A stretch of DNA of 64,000 nt from Alphaproteobacteria bacterium. Lineage in GTDB: Bacteria; Pseudomonadota; Alphaproteobacteria; MPNO01. Location of the stretch: contig CBDAUF010000001.1 of assembly GCA_965200535.1 (NCBI GenBank), forward strand, positions 1,162,102 to 1,226,101, read 5' to 3'. The notes under the pieces were generated by a model. That model saw only the letters and a program-made list of their open reading frames with translations, did not search any database and was not told where the DNA came from. The position numbers and the translations under genes are program-made. Below are positions 10,453 through 18,358 of this stretch, piece after piece; the stretch's first letter is position 1, and each line of letters starts with the position of its first letter.

Positions 10453-10695
10453 TCAGACCGATTTGTCCGGCCAGTCGCCGGTGCCCCTGGCATAGGCGAT
10501 CTCGCCCCGGATCTCCGCTATATCCGACTTCAGGTCGGCGATGTCCTGTTTGGTCGCCATGTTGGCGGCTATGGAGTGCCGCAGCGCCTCCACCGACGCC
10601 TTGACCGGTTCTATGTTCTTCTTGACGATCTCGGTGATGCCGTTCTCCAGCGCCCGAACGATGGCTTCCGCCATCGCGTCATCCTTGGCCGACAT
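10453..10695 (-). CDS. 80-aa coiled-coil protein, DUF1640-like (…MATKQDIADLKSDIAEIRGEI…)
   Basis: Lower-GC ORF. It has an N-terminal MAEAIVRALENGI segment and the ATK-DIA-L heptad segment reminiscent of DUF1640 proteins such as 53916..54383. Confidence 0.5.
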   Translation of the reverse strand: MSAKDDAMAEAIVRALENGITEIVKKNIEPVKASVEALRHSIAANMATKQDIADLKSDIAEIRGEIAYARGTGDWPDKSV

Positions 10696-10983
10696 TTCCT
10701 ACGCTCCGGTTGACGAGCCGACTATCGGTTCGCCCCATATACTGCATCGGGATGATCCTGTCAATCACTCAACCGGGGATAGCGGTGCGCACGAAGACCC
10801 GCATGAAGCGGGAAACGGGCCCCTCGCCGAACCGGGGGGACGGGCAGGGCTTCGGTGCGGGAGATAACGGATCGCAGGGTGGACTTGGCATAGCTCTCTC
10901 ATGCCGGCATTCGCAGGGCCGGCTAATCTGGTACTGAAAAATACTCGATAATCCGGCGTTCGACCGCGCCAACGGGCGGCCGT

Positions 10984-12129
10984 ATGCTGCGGGCGCGGCC
11001 CGGCGCGTCAGGCGCCCGCCTCTCCCCGCCGCCGGCGCAGCGAGGACACCGGTTGACGCTCGAGAACGTCGAGGCCATCGCGCCCAATCTGAAACGCCGG
11101 CTGTCGGGCATCACCGCGACGGTGGTGCGCCTGCTGCCGGTGCAGGCGCGGTCGATCGGCATCGCCGCGACCGGGCCGGGGCTGCCGCCGCAGGTGCCGC
11201 AGGTGCCGCTCCGCTCCGTGCTGCTGATGCCGGGGCGGAAACGCCGGGTGTGGCATGCGCGGCGCAACAACGAGATGCTGCTCGGGCTGGTCCTGCGCCA
11301 CGTGCTGGGCAAGCGCCTGAAGCTCGTGTTCACCTCGGCATCGCGGCCCGAGCACAATCATTCCCGATACAAGCGCTGGCTGCTCTCGCGCATGGATGCG
11401 GTGGTCGCGACCTCGGACGGCACCGCATCCTACATCGGCGCAATCTCCCGCTTGCGGCAGCCCCCGCAGGTGATACCGCACGGCATCGATACCGGGGCCT
11501 TTTGCGCGCCCGCCGACCGCCGCGAGCAGCGGCGCGCGCTGGGCCTGCCCGAGGGCGTGACCGTCGGCTGTTTCGGGCGCATCCGCCGCCACAAGGGCAC
11601 GGATGTGTTCGTCGATGCGATGCTCGACGTGCTGGCGCGCCGCGCCGATGCGGTCGCCCTGGTCATGGGCCGCGCAACCGGGAAGCACCAAGCCTATCTC
11701 CGGGCGCAGCGCGCCAAGGTTGCTGAGGCGGGGCTGGAGGGCCGCATCCTGTTCCTGCCCGAGGCGCCGGTGGACGACATGCCGCGCTGGTACCGGGCGC
11801 TCGACCTGTTCGTCGCCCCGCAGCGCTGGGAGGGGTTCGGCCTCACCCCGCTGGAGGCCATGGCCTGCGGCGTCCCGGTGGTGGCGACGACGGCGGGCGC
11901 GTTCGAGGAACTGGTGGTCGATGGCGGGACCGGCCGCCTGGTGCCGCCCGGCGACGCCCGGCGGATGAGCGCGGCGGTGGGCGAGGCGCTCGATGCCCCC
12001 GGCACCCTCGCCCGGTGGTCGGCGGCGGCCCGCCGCCATGTCGAGCAGGGCTTCCGGATCGAGGACGAGGCGGCGGCGCTGAACGCGCTTTACCGCAAGT
12101 TGCTGGACGGTGATGACGGGGGTGGTTGA
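10984..12129 (+). CDS. GT4-family glycosyltransferase
   Basis: EGFGLTPLEAMACGVPVVAT motif and a Rossmann-like GT-B C-terminal half. The start may instead be TTG at about 11053. Confidence 0.8.
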   Translation: MLRARPGASGARLSPPPAQRGHRLTLENVEAIAPNLKRRLSGITATVVRLLPVQARSIGIAATGPGLPPQVPQVPLRSVLLMPGRKRRVWHARRNNEMLLGLVLRHVLGKRLKLVFTSASRPEHNHSRYKRWLLSRMDAVVATSDGTASYIGAISRLRQPPQVIPHGIDTGAFCAPADRREQRRALGLPEGVTVGCFGRIRRHKGTDVFVDAMLDVLARRADAVALVMGRATGKHQAYLRAQRAKVAEAGLEGRILFLPEAPVDDMPRWYRALDLFVAPQRWEGFGLTPLEAMACGVPVVATTAGAFEELVVDGGTGRLVPPGDARRMSAAVGEALDAPGTLARWSAAARRHVEQGFRIEDEAAALNALYRKLLDGDDGGG

Positions 12130-12376
12130 GCTGGCCGATAATGGCGGGAAACCGTCGCCGCAGTACCCGAGTCGCTGCGCACATTGATTGGAAAGCCCGG
12201 CCCCGTGGAGAAAGCGCGTATCGAGGAGTTTCTTTCTATAGCGAACCCCGACTGGGGTCCGACCGGCGACCGTTTTCCCGAGCACCGCCCGATCGCCCAT
12301 ATTCGCGATCCGGCGGGACAGTTGGTATGATATATCGAGTTGCGTTTACTTCAGCAAAAGCGATCCGGTCGGACGA

Positions 12377-12784
12377 TTGATCGCGTCCTGGGCGGCATTC
12401 TGTCGCGACCATCGCAATGTCTGGGATCAGCTTCTCCTGACCCTGGCGTGGTTTCGCGTGGCAAAACACATGCCAATCGCCAGCCTTTGGCTGAATGAGG
12501 GAATTTTTCGGTTTCCCCGACCGAGAATACGCGACTGGCGCGACCGTGTCTTCTATTACCCATACAAGCGTAAAATTCGACCGTTCATCGATCAGAAACA
12601 AGCCTCGCGCTCGCTAAAATCGTTCATAAATGCATCCGGGAACAGCGCCGGAATGCAAGGGGAAGAACTGGGCTCAGAAAACGTTTCTTCGGGCTTCCGC
12701 AATGCATTGAAACGCTGTGATTTCAGTTTCGATGCGCGAATTGAGACCATTCTACCCCCCCCCCCCCGCGGGGGACAGCGATAG
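12377..12784 (+). CDS. hypothetical protein (low-GC island); its 3' end contains the poly-C tract (…ILPPPPRGGQR)
   Basis: ORF-track entry only, with no recognisable family. It ends in TAG-TAG immediately before the next ATG. Confidence 0.25.
   Translation: MIASWAAFCRDHRNVWDQLLLTLAWFRVAKHMPIASLWLNEGIFRFPRPRIRDWRDRVFYYPYKRKIRPFIDQKQASRSLKSFINASGNSAGMQGEELGSENVSSGFRNALKRCDFSFDARIETILPPPPRGGQR
12755..12767. repeat. homopolymeric C13 tract followed by GCGGGGG
   Basis: Counted directly in the sequence. It lies 21 nt upstream of the ATG at 12788 and inside the last codons of ORF 12377..12784. Confidence 0.9.
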
Positions 12785-12787
12785 TAG

Positions 12788-13546
12788 ATGACAGCCAGGC
12801 GAAAATCGCGCCTGGAGCGCCTTCTGTCCTTGAACTGGCACCGCAAGCGCTGGGGTGCTTCGAAGCATGTCGCCGCCGGCGGGAGAGGCGACCTCTCCGC
12901 CATGAAGACGGATATCGTCGAGGCGGGAACGCCGATACAGACACGCGGTTCCGAGAAGTCGCTCGATCTCCACCTCGCCAATCTCCGGGACGAGTTCTCG
13001 GGACAACCGGAATTGATTTGGTACCATGCCAAGCTGATCGTCCTGATCAGACGCGAGTTCCGCACATCGGAAAACTATTCACAATTTCGGTTGCTTTGGG
13101 ATGCCGAACACACTTTTCTGTGCGAGAATCTGAACATCCGATGGCTGGTTTCGGCAGCGGACACCATTGCTGATCATGACCGGGATCCCGAGATACGCGC
13201 GGCGGCGATGATGGCGACCCTTCTCGTCAACACCATCAAGATGCAGGAAAGCGAGCGCTACGTGTGCGATGCGTCGAGCTTGCCGCCCGATCCTGCTCGC
13301 ATCACCCGTCTCGGGAACGAATTGGTGCCGCTCTTTTCCGGGATGTCCTCTTTCTCGGTAGGCACCGACGATACGCTCAGGAACATGTACTGGCGGCTTG
13401 AGCCGTTCTTCGGGGCCGGACCGGGGGGAAAAATCCTGAAGACAGTCTGGTCCCGGCTCCAGGTCGAAGACACGGTTTTCGCCCGAATGCGCAAACTGCA
13501 CCGCCGCAACCGTACGCGCTGGTGGGACGATACCGATCAGCGCTGA
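12788..13546 (+). CDS. hypothetical protein (252 aa, low-GC island)
   Basis: Longest ORF in the region, preceded by GGGGGA 12 nt upstream. No recognisable family. It is convergent with the GT25 gene. Confidence 0.4.
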   Translation: MTARRKSRLERLLSLNWHRKRWGASKHVAAGGRGDLSAMKTDIVEAGTPIQTRGSEKSLDLHLANLRDEFSGQPELIWYHAKLIVLIRREFRTSENYSQFRLLWDAEHTFLCENLNIRWLVSAADTIADHDRDPEIRAAAMMATLLVNTIKMQESERYVCDASSLPPDPARITRLGNELVPLFSGMSSFSVGTDDTLRNMYWRLEPFFGAGPGGKILKTVWSRLQVEDTVFARMRKLHRRNRTRWWDDTDQR

Positions 13547-14328
13547 CCGCCGATGAAATGGCTGCGGTCGAGGCGGATTTGACGGCGTCGGGCATGATGC
13601 GCATGGCACAGCACCCGGACCGCGATCCCCATCTCGATCCCTATGCGACGCAGCCGGAAACCGGGGGTCCACCGTCTTACTCGCTTCTCGCGGTCGGCAC
13701 CGATAGTCGAGGGAGCCCGGATCGGCGCTGCCAGACCGTACCTGGCGGCGCGGTCGAGTTGTACCGCACAGGCCGGTTCGATCTGGAAGCTGCGCAGTTC
13801 GTACGCCAGACTGATTACAGCATCGGCAGGCCCGGCCCTGCGCGACGCGTTCTCCAGAAGCATCCTCGCCCCGGACGGCCATAACAGATAGGCAACCGCG
13901 CCGCTGCGGTCCTGGAAGAGCCTGTGAAGCCGATGTTCCGGCGTGAGGTGCCGGCCCGCGCGTGCAACGGTCTTGCGCTGCTGCCGAACTTCGAGCGTCA
14001 GGCGATCGATCTCCGCAAGTTGTCCGGCTGCCGCCAGAACGCCGGGTGTATGCGCTGACAGGATGGCGTCGTCCTCGAGGATGAGAACCGGCATTTCCAT
14101 CTCGGCGACCCGGTTCCAGGCGGCGATATGGCTGAGGAGACAGGCGCGTTCGGCGTCCCCCAGCGGCCTTGCCCAACTGTTCCAGTAGCTGTCGCTTCGC
14201 GCCGTCGAGGCGTCGCCGGACTCGACGGCCTCGAGTCTCTCGAATTTCAGCCCGAGCCTGTCGAGCTGCTCGCTCATGAATTTCATGCGCTCCGTTTCGG
14301 CGGCGAGATTGATTACCAGACAATGCAT
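13537..14328 (-). CDS. GT25-family glycosyltransferase (LPS/LOS core galactosyl-transferase-like)
   Basis: MHCLVINLAAETERMKFMSEQL N-terminus typical of GT25. The ATG at 14328 was chosen; the upstream MDRIRTNCEDRP segment is a translated copy of the 44-bp repeat. Confidence 0.75.
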   Translation of the reverse strand: MHCLVINLAAETERMKFMSEQLDRLGLKFERLEAVESGDASTARSDSYWNSWARPLGDAERACLLSHIAAWNRVAEMEMPVLILEDDAILSAHTPGVLAAAGQLAEIDRLTLEVRQQRKTVARAGRHLTPEHRLHRLFQDRSGAVAYLLWPSGARMLLENASRRAGPADAVISLAYELRSFQIEPACAVQLDRAARYGLAAPIRAPSTIGADREKRVRRWTPGFRLRRIGIEMGIAVRVLCHAHHARRRQIRLDRSHFIGGQR

Positions 14329-14448
14329 GCCAGTCTTTGACAACGGTATCGGGGCGTGGTGCGGGGTCAGGAACGGCGCTCTCGCTTCCACGGACGGGTA
14401 AGGCCCGACCGGGATTCCTTGAGCGCCGAATCTCCGGTCTCGACTACC

Positions 14449-14492
14449 GGGCCGATCCTCGCAGTTCGTCCGGATGCGGTCCACCGCCGGCG
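14449..14492. repeat. 44-bp direct repeat, copy 1 (GGGCCGATCCTCGCAGTTCGTCCGGATGCGGTCCACCGCCGGCG), 121-164 nt upstream of the GT25 start
   Basis: 42 of 44 positions are identical to copy 2 at 16405..16448. Confidence 0.8.
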
Positions 14493-14548
14493 TGGCGAGC
14501 CCGTACCGCGCGGGACGTCGAGAAGCGCTTCTCGAAGCCGCGGCTGCC

Positions 14549-15151
14549 TTACCCCGCCGCTCCCGAGACCCGGAGCAGTCGGCTCACATCCCGCCACAGC
14601 TTGTCGAAGGAGGGCGCCGCCGCGCGCGCCGCGTCCATATCGAAGCGGGCGGTAAACGAAGCCTGGTGGAGTGTTTCGCGATAGGTCTTGCCCGGCCGCA
14701 TCCGCGCGGCCAGCCAGCCTTTCGCATTCGCGATCGCCTCGGGGTTGCCCGGCGGCGCGACGGCGGGATCGGCGTCCCGCCATTCGATCAGCGACGCGGC
14801 CGCCGCGATAAACCAAGCCTCGTATTCCATCTTCGCCAGCACCGCGCAGACGGTCCGGTCCGGTCTGGCGTCGCGGGCGCGCTGCAGGAGTTCCGGCGCG
14901 AGCCTCGCCGGGCAATCGCCGTTGGCGTCGAACAGGAGCAGGATACAGCCGTTCGCTGCCGCCCTTCCGGCGGCGAGGTCGATGGTGCGTTCGAGTTCGC
15001 CGCCTCGCAGGATGCGGTTGCGGCTCACCCGGATCGGCCTCGGGATGTCGAGCGCGATATCGGGCGACACCTGTGCGGCGATCCGGCGCAGCAGCACCGG
15101 AACCGCCCGGACCTCGCCATGCCCCTCGACGACGGTCGCTATTCGATGCAC
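14549..15151 (-). CDS. DUF4276-like protein (possible Toprim-like partner of the upstream ATPase)
   Basis: GTG at 15151 overlaps the ATPase 3' end by 13 nt. N-terminal VHRIATVVEGHGEVRAVPVLLRRI and C-terminal MEYEAWF motifs as recalled for DUF4276. The remaining 5' part of ORF 14549..16090 is artefact. Confidence 0.6.
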   Translation of the reverse strand: MHRIATVVEGHGEVRAVPVLLRRIAAQVSPDIALDIPRPIRVSRNRILRGGELERTIDLAAGRAAANGCILLLFDANGDCPARLAPELLQRARDARPDRTVCAVLAKMEYEAWFIAAAASLIEWRDADPAVAPPGNPEAIANAKGWLAARMRPGKTYRETLHQASFTARFDMDAARAAAPSFDKLWRDVSRLLRVSGAAG

Positions 15152-16362
15152 GCGCCGGGACCCGGGCCGAACAGATCGATGCGGCGCGGCGCCGGCCTCG
15201 AAGCCTCGGGATCCGGCTCGATCTGGTCCATCCTGAGCAGTTCGCCCGCGGTGTACAGGCGCTTCTTCAGGGCCGCACGGCCGACCTCGTCGAGCGGGCC
15301 GATACGGCTCTCGCCGTGCTCCAGCGCGACGGCAATAATCGATTCCGCAGGAATATCCTCGTCGTCGAGCAGGTCGGGGCTGTGGCTGGTCACCAGGATC
15401 TGCGCGTTGTCCGCGGCATCCCTGAGGCTGTCGATCAGGACGCCGAAGGCGGCGGGGTGAAGGGCGATCTCCGGCTCCTCGATACCGACGAGCCGCCGCG
15501 CCGCCCCGGCGGTTCCGGCACCCTGAAAGACCGCGGTCAGCACGCCGAGCGCGCGCAGGGTGCCATCCGACATGTTGGCGGCGAGAAAGCGCCACGGATG
15601 CTGCGCACCGCGAACCTCCTGGCGAAACTCCAGGGTCTCGCGCGGTCCCACCGGGCGCCGGTCGACGCCGTCGATGCCCGGCGCGACCTCGCCCAGATAG
15701 TCCTCGATTCTCCGCTTGAAATCGGGTGCGCGCGCGGCGAGGCCGGAGAGGACGCTCGCCAGATTGCTCCCGTCGCGTTTCAGCAGCGTTCCCGGATCCG
15801 GCGGCTGGAGGTCGCGGATGGCTTCCGGGTTGAGATTGTAAACCCCCGTCGACGACAGCGCCTCGTAGACCGGGCGGAAGGCATCGATCCCGGAGACCGC
15901 GACCAGATACAGGCGGTCGGCGGCGGCGAGCGGGGCCGGCGAGACGGTGATCCGGCGAACCCGGCCCTTCTCCACCCTGAAATAGTGCGAACCCGATCCG
16001 TCCCGCGCAATCGACAGGCACTCCTCGCTGCGCACCGCGTATCCACGGTCGGGCATGGAGCCGACCGTGAAGGCGTAGTGTCCGCGCCACGCCTCCAAGC
16101 CGAATTCGACGCGAATCCCGAAATGGTTGGGATGGCCGCCCGAGCGCCGGCGCACCTCGCCGATGCCGCCGCGGTCGCGCAGCGCGTGGTCGATCGAGAA
16201 GCGGAGCGCATCGGCGACGAAGTGGAGGGCGTCGAGAAAATTGCTCTTCCCCGATCCGTTCGGCCCGACGAGGAAGGAGACCTGCGCCGGCGAAATGTCG
16301 CAGGCGCCGATGCTCTTGTAGTTTCTGAGCCTTATCCGCGTCAGTAGTCGGCGGTCAGGCAT
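15139..16362 (-). CDS. AAA_21/AAA_15-type ABC ATPase (OLD/AbiLi/AriA-like)
   Basis: Walker A GPNGSGKSN, Walker B IGIEEPE, TSHSP. ATG at 16362 with GGAGG upstream. The first 26 codons of the track ORF are a translated repeat copy. Confidence 0.8.
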   Translation of the reverse strand: MPDRRLLTRIRLRNYKSIGACDISPAQVSFLVGPNGSGKSNFLDALHFVADALRFSIDHALRDRGGIGEVRRRSGGHPNHFGIRVEFGLEAWRGHYAFTVGSMPDRGYAVRSEECLSIARDGSGSHYFRVEKGRVRRITVSPAPLAAADRLYLVAVSGIDAFRPVYEALSSTGVYNLNPEAIRDLQPPDPGTLLKRDGSNLASVLSGLAARAPDFKRRIEDYLGEVAPGIDGVDRRPVGPRETLEFRQEVRGAQHPWRFLAANMSDGTLRALGVLTAVFQGAGTAGAARRLVGIEEPEIALHPAAFGVLIDSLRDAADNAQILVTSHSPDLLDDEDIPAESIIAVALEHGESRIGPLDEVGRAALKKRLYTAGELLRMDQIEPDPEASRPAPRRIDLFGPGPGACIE

Positions 16363-16404
16363 CTCCAGCCCTCCAGTCGGTCGGTGCGCCGGCGCCGGGA
16401 CGGC

Positions 16405-16448
16405 GGGCCGATCCTCGCAGTTCGTTCGGGTGCGGTCCACCGCCGGCG
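16405..16448. repeat. 44-bp direct repeat, copy 2, 43-86 nt upstream of the ATPase start
   Basis: See copy 1 at 14449..14492. Confidence 0.8.
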
Positions 16449-16458
16449 GCAGCGCGGG

Positions 16459-16992
16459 CTATGCCCCGCCGACGAATTCGGGCATGGCTTCGGCCGGCGC
16501 CCAGGGGCCGCCGCCGAGCTTCAGCTCCTTGCCGGCGATCAGGTTGGCGGCCATGCGCGCGCCGGCGCCGACGATGAGTTCCGCCGTCACCCAGTCGCCG
16601 CGCCGGCGCAGCCTCTTGAGTTCGCCGACCACCATGTCGATTTCGCGCGCGGTCAGCCGGGCGGCCTTGCCCGCCGCGTGCTTCGACAGCATCTCGCGGG
16701 CGGCGCGCTCGAACTCCTTCTCCGGGATGGCGCTGGCCGGGTAGCGCAGGTGCACGACCTGCTGGACGAAGGATCCGTCCCGCGTCACCGCATCGTCCAC
16801 CCGCGCCTGTCTGCCGAGGCTGGAGGACTGCACCTTGACCTCGAACCCGGCGCTCCGGGTCCGGGGGTGGAAGAGTTCCGCGCCGCGCGTGAAGACGCTG
16901 TGCTCGACCTCCTCGACGACGGCGTCGTAGCGGCGCCTCACCGTCCTGCCGCCGACCGCCGCCCTCCCCGTCCTCGGGCCCGCGCCGCGCAC
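16459..16992 (-). CDS. hypothetical protein (…VVEEVEHSVFTRGAELFHPRTRSAGFEVKVQSS…), possibly the C-terminal part of a frameshifted gene
   Basis: Protein-like composition. The true N-terminus appears to lie in the other frame (17000..17626). Confidence 0.4.
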   Translation of the reverse strand: MRGAGPRTGRAAVGGRTVRRRYDAVVEEVEHSVFTRGAELFHPRTRSAGFEVKVQSSSLGRQARVDDAVTRDGSFVQQVVHLRYPASAIPEKEFERAAREMLSKHAAGKAARLTAREIDMVVGELKRLRRRGDWVTAELIVGAGARMAANLIAGKELKLGGGPWAPAEAMPEFVGGA

Positions 16993-16999
16993 CCGGCCG

Positions 17000-17626
17000 C
17001 AGCGCGGGGATGCCGGCCTCCATGGCGATCATCCCCGACCCCCGCAGGTCGTCGGCGAGTGCGAGGATCAGCGTGCGCGGGAAGCGGCCGATCTCGGTCT
17101 TTCCGTCGGCGTCGGTGATGCGGACGAAATAGCCGCCGTGCTCGGGCGGAAAATCCACCCGGAGGTTGGTCCTGCGGCCGAACTCGGCCAGCGCCGCCGC
17201 GTCGCTGTCGGAGACCGGGGAGAAGGCGGGCGCTGCGCCGTCCGCGCCTGCGGCGGGCCAGTACGCCTTGGTCTCCACCAGCGCCCGCTCGCGCACCCGG
17301 AAGTCCCACAATGCGCGGGTGGTCTCCTCGCGCCGGCGGTTGGACTCGCGCCACGCTTCCGCCGGCGCCGGCTCGGCGGCGGGCGCCGGGCCGGGGGGCG
17401 CCGCCAAGGCCTGCACTAGGCGGCGGACGATGTCGGGATGGCGTTCCGGGTCGATCCCGGGGACAGGGGCGGGGGCGAGGCCGGGGCCCGGCCCCGGGAT
17501 CGACCCGGCTTGCGGCGCGGCCTCCGGGGCGGCGGAGTGCCCGGCGAGGGGCGGGAGAAGCAGCGCCGGCAGGGGCAGGCGTGCGGGCGGCGCGGCGCGG
17601 CGCCCGGCCGCGGACGGGTGGATCAT
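17000..17626 (-). CDS. exported protein N-terminal portion (signal peptide MIHPSAAGRRAAPPARLPLPALLLPPLAGHSA, Pro-rich linker); frame continues as junk after ~17000
   Basis: Part of ORF 16355..17626. The protein-like part ends where ORF 16459..16992 begins, suggesting a frameshift in a G-rich run near 16940-17000. Confidence 0.35.
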
Positions 17627-17817
17627 GGCGGTCTCCAGCGGGTCGGGAAACGGGGGGCTGCGAACGAGAAACGCCGCCGGTGCGGAGGCCGGCGGCGCTA
17701 TCTCGCGAGCCTGGCAAATCTACCCCGGATCGCGTCCCGCGTCAAGAGATTTTTTCATATGAGGAAAATTACTGCTCGGTATATCGGATACAGGCGCGCC
17801 ATTTTGCGGTATGGGGA

Positions 17818-18345
17818 TCAGAACGGGATCGAGATCGCCTCGTGCACCGCATCGCAGTTGAGCAGCGTCGCCTTCTTGGCGGCGATCAGGAAACTGCCGC
17901 CGCTGCGCACCAGCCGATAGTCGTAGCGCCCGCCGAAGCAGCGCTGGCCGTGGCCCGGCCGGTAGTCGAGCATGACGAACCGCGCGCTCACCTCGTAGGC
18001 CCCGGCCGCCGGATCGGGCGGCTCGACGAGAAGGTTGCCGAGCGTGTGGCTGGTCCGGCTGTGCGGAATCTGGGCGTGCACCCTGGGGTGGCGCAGCCGG
18101 GCGAGGCGAGTGGTCATCAGCTCGCGGTCGTCGAAGAACAGCGAGACGTGCTCCCACGGGTCGTCCTGGTCGACCGCCGCCGGCGCCCAGTAGGTCCCGT
18201 CTTCGGTGAACAGGGCGGTCCAGTCCTCGAAACGGCGGTCGTCGAGCAGCCCGACCTCGCCGATCAGGAAGCGCTCGATCTCGCGCGTCAGCAGCAGTTC
18301 GGCAAGCGCCGCCCCGCCCGCCGCCGTCTCTCCGCCCCCCGGCAT
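17818..18345 (-). CDS. aromatic ring-hydroxylating dioxygenase beta subunit
   Basis: 175 aa, NTF2-like small-subunit pattern. It sits immediately downstream of the alpha subunit. Confidence 0.75.
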   Translation of the reverse strand: MPGGGETAAGGAALAELLLTREIERFLIGEVGLLDDRRFEDWTALFTEDGTYWAPAAVDQDDPWEHVSLFFDDRELMTTRLARLRHPRVHAQIPHSRTSHTLGNLLVEPPDPAAGAYEVSARFVMLDYRPGHGQRCFGGRYDYRLVRSGGSFLIAAKKATLLNCDAVHEAISIPF

Positions 18346-18358
18346 CAGACGCGCGGCA

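Noticed and set aside
12236-13065. Minus-strand ORFs 12236..12601 and 12592..13065 as the real genes of the low-GC island.
   Set aside because: They are shorter and no more protein-like than the plus-strand ORFs. The call remains uncertain either way.
14437-14484. Shared N-terminus MDR(I/T)RTNCEDRP on the GT25 and ATPase ORFs.
   Set aside because: It is the translation of the 44-bp direct repeat in the leader regions. Better starts with RBS exist downstream (14328 and 16362).
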